From Deltaproteobacteria bacterium (GTDB lineage Bacteria; Myxococcota_A; UBA9160; PR03), in contig JANLTC010000233.1 in NCBI GenBank assembly GCA_031362725.1, positions 12,308 through 76,307 of the forward strand: a stretch of DNA of 64,000 nt. Direction: 5' to 3'. The notes below the pieces were generated by a model. That model was not told where the DNA came from. It ran no database searches and saw nothing but the letters and a program-made list of their open reading frames with translations. Shown piece after piece: positions 57,166 through 64,000 of the stretch (position 1 is its first letter; every line of letters starts with the position of its first letter). The translations under genes and the position numbers were made by a program.

Positions 57166-58463
57166 AGATCCGCCACTTCCGCCTGTTCCGCGTGCTGCGC
57201 GTCCAGCTCGCCGTCGCGCGCGTGCTGCCGCGCTATCTGCTGCTGCTCGCGCGCGAGCGCAGCGACCGCTTCCGGCCCGACGCCGCCGCCTGGACGCGGG
57301 TGCACACGACCGCCGCGCGCGAGGTAAAGGCCGTCGCGCTCTCGCTGGCGGGCGCGTTCACGAAGGCCGCCCAGATCCTCGGCGCGCGGGCCGACTTCGT
57401 TCCCGCGCCCTTCATCGAGGAGCTCTCCCAGTTCCACGACGCGGTGCCGCCGCGCCCCTTCGAGACGCTCGCCCCGCTCGTAGCGCGCGACCTCGGCAGG
57501 CCGCTCGACGAAGTCTTCGCGCGCATCGATCCGCAAGCGCTCGCCGCCGCTTCGCTCGCCCAGGTGCACCGCGCAACACTTCGAGATGGTCACGAGGTGG
57601 TGGTGAAGATCCGCTACCCCGAGGTCCCGCGCATCATCCCGCTCGACCTCGGCATGCTGCTGCGGGTCGTCACGCTGATCCAGCGCATCCAGCGCCGCAT
57701 CGACATGCGCGCGATGGTGACCGAGGTGACGCGCTTCATCGCGCTCGAACTCGACTTCCCGCGCGAGGTGCGCGCAACCGAGCGGCTCGCGAAGACGCTG
57801 GCCGACTGCCCCGACGTCGTCGTGCCGCGCGTCTACACCGCCCTGTGCGGATCGAGCACGATCGTGCTCGATTACGTGGAGGGCATCCAGGTGGGGCGCA
57901 CGGCGGCGCTCGTCGCGTCGGGCCACAAGCTCCCGCTGGTGGCGCGCAAGATCGGCGCCCTCTACGGCGCGATGATCTTCGAGCACGACTTCTTCCACGG
58001 CGACCCGCACCCGGGCAACCTGCTCGTGCTGCCGGACGGCCGAATCGGCCTGCTCGACTTCGGCCTGTGCAAGGAGCTGCCGGCGGGCTTCGCGCGTCTC
58101 GTCGCGCAGATGATGGTTTCGGCGATGATCGGCGACTCGCCCGCGGCGCTCGCGGCGGCCGCGCAGCTCGGCTTCGACACGAGCACGCTGCGCCCCGAGC
58201 ACATCCGCCCGATGATGCTGATGATGCTCGGCGACTCCGATGGCGAGACGGGCCTCTTCGACATCCTCGGCGAGAGCGCCGTGCGCCAGATCCCCGAAGA
58301 CTTCGCGCTCGTCGCCCGCACGCTCGTGCTGCTGAACGGCCTCTCCCACCGCCTCGCGCCCGGCCGCCGGCTGATCCAGGCGGAGCTGCTCCAACATCTC
58401 GCGGCGGGCGCGGCGCGGCGCGGGGCGGCGTACCGGCATGACGGGACCGGCGCTCGCCGGTGA
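57162..58463 (+). CDS. ABC1/UbiB-family atypical kinase
   Basis: AAASLAQVHRATLRDGHEVVVKIRYPEV and FFHGDPHPGNLLVLPDGRIGLLDFGL. The GTG start overlaps the TetR stop (GTGA). Confidence 0.9.
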   Translation: MKIRHFRLFRVLRVQLAVARVLPRYLLLLARERSDRFRPDAAAWTRVHTTAAREVKAVALSLAGAFTKAAQILGARADFVPAPFIEELSQFHDAVPPRPFETLAPLVARDLGRPLDEVFARIDPQALAAASLAQVHRATLRDGHEVVVKIRYPEVPRIIPLDLGMLLRVVTLIQRIQRRIDMRAMVTEVTRFIALELDFPREVRATERLAKTLADCPDVVVPRVYTALCGSSTIVLDYVEGIQVGRTAALVASGHKLPLVARKIGALYGAMIFEHDFFHGDPHPGNLLVLPDGRIGLLDFGLCKELPAGFARLVAQMMVSAMIGDSPAALAAAAQLGFDTSTLRPEHIRPMMLMMLGDSDGETGLFDILGESAVRQIPEDFALVARTLVLLNGLSHRLAPGRRLIQAELLQHLAAGAARRGAAYRHDGTGARR

Positions 58464-58523
58464 ACCTGCGTGCCCGTTGCCGTGCGGCAAAATCTCCGCG
58501 TGAAGAAGCCCGGCTGGCCGCTG

Positions 58524-58613
58524 CTCGCGAGCATAGGAAGAACAAGCGGGGGTTTTGGTCCGATAACAGGGCAAGCCTCAGCGACACCCGGGCTGAGCGG
58601 GAGAGCCCAACGG
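58524..58613 (+). repeat. Full copy of the ~85-nt element (subtype 2, divergent middle)
   Basis: CTCGCGAGCATAGGAAGAACAAGCGGGGGTTTTGGTCCGATAACAGGGCAAGCCTCAGCGACACCCGGGCTGAGCGGGAGAGCCCAACGG. Confidence 0.9.
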
Positions 58614-59113
58614 ATCGCGTAGGCCTTGCCGCGCATCACGAAGTTCGCGAGTCCCGCGCGTCCGCTCGCTTCCATGGTCTCGGCCAGCAGGTGATACGCC
58701 CGGGTCTGATCGCTGTCGGGAAGCACCAGATAGGGCCGGTCGAAGTAGACGGGGTCGATCGCGGCGCGGTCGACGAAACGCACGAGTTCGATGTCGCGCG
58801 AGCGGCGCGGCGCGAGCTTCTCGAGTTCTTCGTCGGTGACGACGACGAAGGTTCCGTCGTCGATCTCGTAGCCGCGCGCGATCTCATCGGTGGAGAGCAA
58901 TCGTTCGTCCACCGAGCTGACGTAGCGGCGCCCGAGCGGGGTGCCGTCTGCCGCCAGCAGGCGCATCGCGACGTCGCTCTTTCGCGTCGCGGTGAACAAC
59001 TCGACGGGAATCGTCACGAGCCCGAACGTGATGCTGCCCGACCAGACGCCGTGCGCGACCGGTCGATCGACGCCGGGGTTCTCGGTTTTCGCGACGAGCT
59101 TCTTATGCGGCAC
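58614..59113 (-). pseudogene. ku: Ku (NHEJ) paralogue, 3' truncated at the repeat
   Basis: VWSGSITFGLVTIPVELFTAT...VYFDRPYLVLPD...ANFVMRGKAYAIR. The frame then continues into the reverse complement of the repeat (WALPLSPGV). The C-terminal third is missing. Confidence 0.8.
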
Positions 59114-59891
59114 GGCGTTTCTTCACCGATTGGAGGCTTCCCTTCAGCGCACGCGCCAGATCGAGCGACGCGCCGGGTGGCGCTTCGCCCGTCGCCTTGA
59201 CCCGTCGACCCTTCGACTTTGCGGCGAGGTGCGCGACGAGGCTCTCGCGATACTCGTCGCGCAGCAGCGCCGGGTCGAAGGGTCCATCGAGCGCCGTGAG
59301 CAACTGATTTGCGAGCGTGCGTTCGGCGGCGCTCACCGCCTTGCCGCTCGCGGCGGGGAGTTGGCTCGCCGCGACGACCTCGTCTGCGGAGCGAAGCGTG
59401 AGCAGCGCGAGGTGGCGATCGCGCGCGGCAAGCGCGCCGGCTTAGCGCTTGCCGCGCATCGTCCAGTGCGCGATGCCGAAGGCGCCGCTCTCGCGCAGCG
59501 CTTCGACGAGCGCCGCATAGTCGGCCGGCGAGCCGTCGGGACCGAGAAAGTAGGGCCGGCTGTACCAGGCGAAGTCGATCGCGGACGGCGGCACGAAGCG
59601 CGTCACCTCGATCGCGCGCGACGCTTCCGGGGCGCCGCGCTCGAGTTCGTCGGGCGTCATCACGACGAATACGCCGGGCTCCACTTCGACGCCACGCCGA
59701 ATCGCGTCGGGCACGACCTCCCCATCCGTCCGCGGGTCGACGACGCGCTGCTTGACCGGCGAGCGATCGGCGGCGTGCAGCAATCGAAACCGCACGTCGC
59801 GTTCCTCGACCGCCGCATACAGCTTCACCGCGACGTGGACGTCGCCCACCTCGAGCGAGGCCTTCCACATCGCGAGGCTCGTCGCAGCCAT
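59103..59891 (-). pseudogene. ku: Ku (NHEJ) paralogue with an in-frame TAA
   Basis: AMWKASLEVGDVHVAVKLYAAV...WYSRPYFLGPD...AHWTMRGKR, TAA at 59444-59442, then the same frame continues AGALAARDRHLALLTLRSADEV...LLRDEYRESLVAHLAAKSKG. The stop aligns with the Tyr of RGKAY in the neighbouring paralogue. Confidence 0.8.
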
Positions 59892-60158
59892 CTACGCGGC
59901 GCGATCGCTGGTCGCATCGACGCTCGCGTCGGCGGTCGTCTCGACGTGCCGACCGAGCTCGAGCAGATCGCGGATGAGAGCGTGATTCGGACCGAGTTCG
60001 CCAACGATCGGATCGAACCGCTCGGGATCGTCGATGATGCGCTTCAGCGATTCACGAATCCGCATGTTGGCGCGCGCGGCGAACAGCGCGGTGCGGAGCC
60101 GGTCTGCGAGCGGGCGTTCAATCGTGTCGTCGGAGGAGCGGGAATTGCTGGGGTGCAT
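59892..60158 (-). CDS. Small hypothetical protein upstream of ku
   Basis: 88 aa with a GAAGGAA RBS. Its TAG directly abuts the ku ATG. No family recognised. Confidence 0.5.
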   Translation of the reverse strand: MHPSNSRSSDDTIERPLADRLRTALFAARANMRIRESLKRIIDDPERFDPIVGELGPNHALIRDLLELGRHVETTADASVDATSDRAA

Positions 60159-60406
60159 CTCTGGTTCCTTCTGGGTTTGGTCGTGCGCAGCGTTCGATGG
60201 CGCGAAACAAAGCAAGGTGCATGCCGCCCTCCCGCATGCTCACTCGCCGTCGCACTCCGCAGCGTCCGTCGCGCGGCTGCGCATTTGTAGAACCGCGCAG
60301 ACTCGCTTGCAGTCAAACCACGCGCGACGTGGGGACGGTGCGTGCGGCAGCGGCACGAAACCTGCTCTCCAGTGGTGACCGGCCGCGACAACCAGGGAGA
60401 GTCGAG

Positions 60407-60880
60407 ATGAAGCAGGTGACCGCATTGTTCCGGCACGGCGAGACGGCGCGCAAAGGAGTGGATGCGCTCGTCGAATCGAGCTTCCCCGCCGATGCGATCA
60501 GCGTGCTGATGAAGGAGCGCGGCGAGGTGACACCCATCGAGGTCGAGCAGAGGACTGGCCTGCCGATGGGCGCGACGGCCGGCGGCGCGATCGGCGCCGT
60601 GTTGGGCTTGAGCGCGGTGGTCGCGTTCCCAGGCCTGCTGGCCGCGGGACCCGCGCTCTTCGCGCTGCAGGGATTGACGGCGGTGGCGACCGGAGCCGGC
60701 GGCGGCGCCTTCGCCGGCGCATTCCAGGGACTCGGCTGGTGGACCATCGAAGCCGACATCCACGAGCGCGCGATCGAAGAAGGCGCGGTGCTGGTTGGCG
60801 TGCAGGTGCCGGATGGGCGCAGCGAGGAAGCGATGCTCGCGTTGAAGCAAGCGGGCGCGGATCTCGTGGACAGCGTGTGA
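60407..60880 (+). CDS. General-stress (YflT-like) domain membrane protein
   Basis: N-terminal MKQVTALFRHGETARKGVDALVESSFPADAISVL, a central Gly/Ala-rich hydrophobic region, and a C-terminal EEGAVLVGVQVP. GGGAGAG RBS. Confidence 0.6.
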   Translation: MKQVTALFRHGETARKGVDALVESSFPADAISVLMKERGEVTPIEVEQRTGLPMGATAGGAIGAVLGLSAVVAFPGLLAAGPALFALQGLTAVATGAGGGAFAGAFQGLGWWTIEADIHERAIEEGAVLVGVQVPDGRSEEAMLALKQAGADLVDSV

Positions 60881-60969
60881 GCGCGCTCGGCACGAATTTC
60901 GCAAATGCAAGGCGGCAGCGCCGAACAGCGCTGCGTAGAACGCATCATTCATCCACAACGGAGGCGAAG

Positions 60970-61527
60970 ATGAAGGCCAAGACCCGTACGAGTACCAGCA
61001 AGAAGCGCGCGACCACTGGACGGACGCCGCAGCGCGCCGCGAGCCGCTCGACCGCACCGCGCGCGCCCGATGCGATCGCGATGCTGAAGGCGGATCACGC
61101 CAAGGTGGACGAAATGTTCACGCGCTACGGCAACCTGCGCGGCGCGGAACGCAAGAAGAAGCTCGTCGCGCAGATCTGCGACGAGTTGAAGATCCACATG
61201 CGCCTCGAGGAAGAGATCTTCTACCCGACCGTCCGCGCGGCGATCGGCGACGAAGCTCTGATGGACGAGGCGACCGTCGAGCACCAGTCCGCGAAGGAAC
61301 TGATCCGGCAGCTCGAAGGCATGTCGGCCGAGGACGATCTCTACGACGCGAAGGTGAAGGTGCTCGGCGAGTACATCCAGCACCACGTGAAGGAAGAGCA
61401 CGAAGAGATGTTCCCGAAGGCGCGTCGATCGGACGTCGATCTCGCGGAGCTCGGCGCTCGGATGCGCGAGCGCAAGGCCAGCCTCGGCGGCGGCATCGTC
61501 TCGAAACTGCGACGAGCGCTCGGATAG
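60970..61527 (+). CDS. Hemerythrin-like (HHE cation-binding) domain protein
   Basis: [17 protein letters not shown]...[11 protein letters not shown]...[12 protein letters not shown]. Confidence 0.8.
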   Translation: MKAKTRTSTSKKRATTGRTPQRAASRSTAPRAPDAIAMLKADHAKVDEMFTRYGNLRGAERKKKLVAQICDELKIHMRLEEEIFYPTVRAAIGDEALMDEATVEHQSAKELIRQLEGMSAEDDLYDAKVKVLGEYIQHHVKEEHEEMFPKARRSDVDLAELGARMRERKASLGGGIVSKLRRALG

Positions 61528-61543
61528 ATCGGAGAACCAGGCG

Positions 61544-63679
61544 ATGGCGAAAGCCAGCAGCGCGCGTCCGAAGCGAACCGAGCGGTCGGCGGTCAAGGCG
61601 AAGCGCCGACGCGAGAGCCGCGAGCGGATCGGATCGGGCGGTGAGACGCATCAAGAGGCGGACGACGTCATCGCAACGCTGACGACGCAGCAGGGCGTTC
61701 CCGTCGGCGACGACCAAAACTCGCTGAAGGTGGGGCCTCGCGGGCCCCACCTTCTCGAGGACCAACACTTTCGCGAGAAGATCTTCCATTTCGATCACGA
61801 GCGGATTCCCGAACGCGTCGTTCATGCGCGCGGCTATGGCGCGCACGGCTTCTTCGAGAACTATGGGTCGCTCGAGGACGTCACCGACGCCGATCTCTTC
61901 CAGCGCGCCGGCGAGAGGACTCCCGCGTTCGTACGCTTCTCGACCGTCGCGGGCAGCAAGGGCTCGGCCGACATGGCTCGCGACGTGCGCGGTTTCGCCG
62001 TGAAGCTCTACACGCGAGAGGGGAATTGGGACCTCGTCGGCAACAACCTGCCGGTGTTCTTCATCCAGGATCCGATCAAGTTCCCCGATTTCGTACACGC
62101 GGTGAAGGCGGCGCCCGATCGCGACTTTCCGCAGGCGGCGAGCGCCCACGACAACTTCTGGGATTTCGTATCGCTGTCGCCCGAAACGATGCACATGATC
62201 ATGTGGGTGATGTCGGATCGCGCGATTCCGCGTTCGTTCCGATTCATGGAAGGGTTCGGCGTCCACACCTTCAGGCTGCTGAACGCCGCCGGCGACTCGA
62301 CTTTCGTGAAGTTCCACTGGAAGCCGAAGCTCGGACTCCAGTCGGTCGTGTGGAACGAGGCCGTGAAGATCAACGGTGCAGATCCCGACTTCCATCGGCG
62401 CGACCTGTGGAACGCGATCACGACTGGTTCGTTCCCGGAATGGGAACTCGGGCTTCAACTCTTCGACGAGGCGTTCGCGCAAGAGTTCGGCTTCGACGTG
62501 CTCGACGCAACAAAGCTGATTCCCGAGGAAGACATCCCGGTGCGCCGTGTCGGAAGGCTCGTGCTCGATCGCGTCGTCGACAACTTCTTTGCCGAGACCG
62601 AGCAGGTCGCGTTCTGCACGCAGAACATCGTGCGCGGCATCGACTTCTCGAATGACCCACTGCTCCAGGGTCGGAACTTCTCGTACCTCGATACGCAGGT
62701 GAAGCGGCTCGGCGGTCCGAACTTCACGCACATCCCGATCAACGCGCCGAAGTGTCCCGTCGCGCACTTTCAACAGGACGGGCACATGGCGATGTCGAAC
62801 CCGAAGGGCCGCGCGAACTACGAGCCGAATAGCTGGGGCGAAGAAGGCGGACCACGCGAGTCGCCAGAGCGCGGCTTCCGATCCTTTGCGGATTCCGTCG
62901 GAGGCGACAAGCTCCGCATTCGATCCGACAGCTTCGCCGACCACTTCAGCCAGGCGCGTCAGTTCTTGATCAGCCAGACGCTGGTCGAGCAGAAGCACAT
63001 CCGTGATGCGCTCGTCTTCGAACTGTCGAAGGTCGAGACGCCGCGAATCCGCGCGCGCGTCGTGTCGCAGCTGTTGAATGTCGACGACGACCTCGGTCGC
63101 GCCGTCGCAATCGGGCTCGGGCTCGTCGACGTCCCGGAGCCGGCCGAAGCCGCGCGCCCGACGCGCCATGATCTGCGGCAATCGGAATCACTCAGCATCG
63201 TGCGCAACGGGCCGGAGAGTCTTGCCGGCCGCAAGCTCGGCATCCTGATGACGGACGGCGCCGACGCCGCACTCTTCGATGCGATCACCGGCGCGGTCGC
63301 GTCCGAGGGCGCGACCTACGAAGTGATTGCCCCGACGATCGCCGGTGTGCACGACAGCGATGGAACGCTCGTTCCCGCGCATCACGCACTCGGTGGCGCG
63401 CCGTCGGTGCTGTTCGACGCCGTCGCAATACTGGTGTCGGAGCAAGGCGGTGAGACGCTGGCGAAGGATGCCGCGGCGCGCGAGTTCGTAACGGACGCAT
63501 TCGCCCACGCGAAGTTCATCGCCTATGTGACGGAGGCCATGCCGGTGTTGACTGGAGCGGGAATCGCAGAGGCGCTGGACGATGGCTGCGTGCTCCTCGA
63601 AAAGCCGGGCGATGGGCGGCGCTACCTTGAACTCTGCGGCGATCTGCGCTTCTGGGAGCGCGAACTCGCGATCGCCTGA
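61544..63679 (+). CDS. katE: Large-subunit monofunctional catalase (HPII type)
   Basis: [35 protein letters not shown], and a C-terminal flavodoxin/DJ-1-like extension (711 aa). Confidence 0.95.
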   Translation: MAKASSARPKRTERSAVKAKRRRESRERIGSGGETHQEADDVIATLTTQQGVPVGDDQNSLKVGPRGPHLLEDQHFREKIFHFDHERIPERVVHARGYGAHGFFENYGSLEDVTDADLFQRAGERTPAFVRFSTVAGSKGSADMARDVRGFAVKLYTREGNWDLVGNNLPVFFIQDPIKFPDFVHAVKAAPDRDFPQAASAHDNFWDFVSLSPETMHMIMWVMSDRAIPRSFRFMEGFGVHTFRLLNAAGDSTFVKFHWKPKLGLQSVVWNEAVKINGADPDFHRRDLWNAITTGSFPEWELGLQLFDEAFAQEFGFDVLDATKLIPEEDIPVRRVGRLVLDRVVDNFFAETEQVAFCTQNIVRGIDFSNDPLLQGRNFSYLDTQVKRLGGPNFTHIPINAPKCPVAHFQQDGHMAMSNPKGRANYEPNSWGEEGGPRESPERGFRSFADSVGGDKLRIRSDSFADHFSQARQFLISQTLVEQKHIRDALVFELSKVETPRIRARVVSQLLNVDDDLGRAVAIGLGLVDVPEPAEAARPTRHDLRQSESLSIVRNGPESLAGRKLGILMTDGADAALFDAITGAVASEGATYEVIAPTIAGVHDSDGTLVPAHHALGGAPSVLFDAVAILVSEQGGETLAKDAAAREFVTDAFAHAKFIAYVTEAMPVLTGAGIAEALDDGCVLLEKPGDGRRYLELCGDLRFWERELAIA

Positions 63680-63833
63680 CCGCGACGACATTGCCGCCCT
63701 TCGGTTCGATCCACTACGAGGTGCCGATTCGCGCGACGCATTCGGCGCGCGAATCGGATCTCCAGGAGCTTCTCAGCGACCGGATGCAATACTACTCTGC
63801 CGGCGCCATCTGGTTGCCCGAAGGAGGCTGCGG

Positions 63834-64000
63834 TTGCCCGGCGCACGTGACGCTTCCCCCGAGACCGAGCAGCTTTCCGCGCTGGCGACTCACCTGGGAG
63901 AGCGCCGCGAAGCCTTGCTGCGGACGTGGCGTCAAGCGGCCGAGAACGACCCGGAGTTGACGACCGCGTCGACGCTGTCGCGCAGCCAGTTCCGCGACCA
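63834..64000 (+). CDS. Start of a sensor/regulatory protein (RsbRD-N-like N-terminus), 3' partial
   Basis: AAGGAGG lies 6 nt before TTG 63834. LSALATHLGERREALLRTWRQAAENDPELTTASTLSRSQFRD resembles the N-terminal domain of stressosome-type and other sensor kinases. Confidence 0.5.
   Translation, partial: MPGARDASPETEQLSALATHLGERREALLRTWRQAAENDPELTTASTLSRSQFRD

Noticed and set aside
58477-58490. TTGCCG-tg-CGGCAA palindrome after the UbiB-like gene as a terminator
   Set aside because: The loop would be only 2 nt and no U-tract follows, so it is not a credible intrinsic terminator.

Overview
This is a high-GC bacterial chromosome segment (about 70% G+C by eye, not computed). PEP-CTERM tails, a MYXO-CTERM-like tail and CGDG..CDDGN Cys-rich repeats suggest a myxobacterial or deltaproteobacterial-type lineage.

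Positions 1-41 kb are densely packed and look intact:
- A nine-gene plus-strand operon (4161-14990) encodes three glycosyltransferases, an MsbA-like ABC exporter, a fused double sugar-kinase-like protein, an alginate-export-type porin and a PEP-CTERM beta-propeller. A third paralogous kinase lies convergent to it.
- Two very large secreted Cys-rich proteins.
- A membrane histidine kinase and lnt.
- A seven-gene minus-strand nucleotide-sugar modification operon (rfbF, DUF4910-like, dehydrogenase, epimerase/dehydratase, C-methyltransferase, PIG-L deacetylase, glycosyltransferase).
- A polyamine module (GNAT, HDAC-like deacetylase, PotBCD-like uptake without an ATPase, divergent class-III aminotransferase).

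Positions 41-59 kb are a mosaic accessory zone:
- Remnants of IS256, IS91 and IS110 transposases.
- Several truncated or frameshifted genes (adenylate cyclase, asnB, CSLREA protein, nucleotidyltransferase halves, PEP-CTERM tails, two Ku genes).
- Intact cargo: YeiH-type transporter, DUF1036-like protein, MFS transporter, signal-peptide KatG, PEP-CTERM propeller, PaaI thioesterase, and a P450-TetR-UbiB-like kinase set.

The most unusual signal is a family of ~85-nt elements in this zone. There are four full and two half copies, all in the same orientation and 3.1-3.9 kb apart. They sit exactly at the break points of several truncated genes and divide the zone into cassette-like blocks. I cannot assign the element to any class I know.

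The right end (59.9-64 kb) is a stress-type cluster: a YflT-like protein, a hemerythrin, the large catalase KatE and the start of a sensor protein.

I saw no rRNA, tRNA or CRISPR array. All coordinates and domain calls come from reading the sequence and the ORF track, with no searches run. Start codons are the least certain part.
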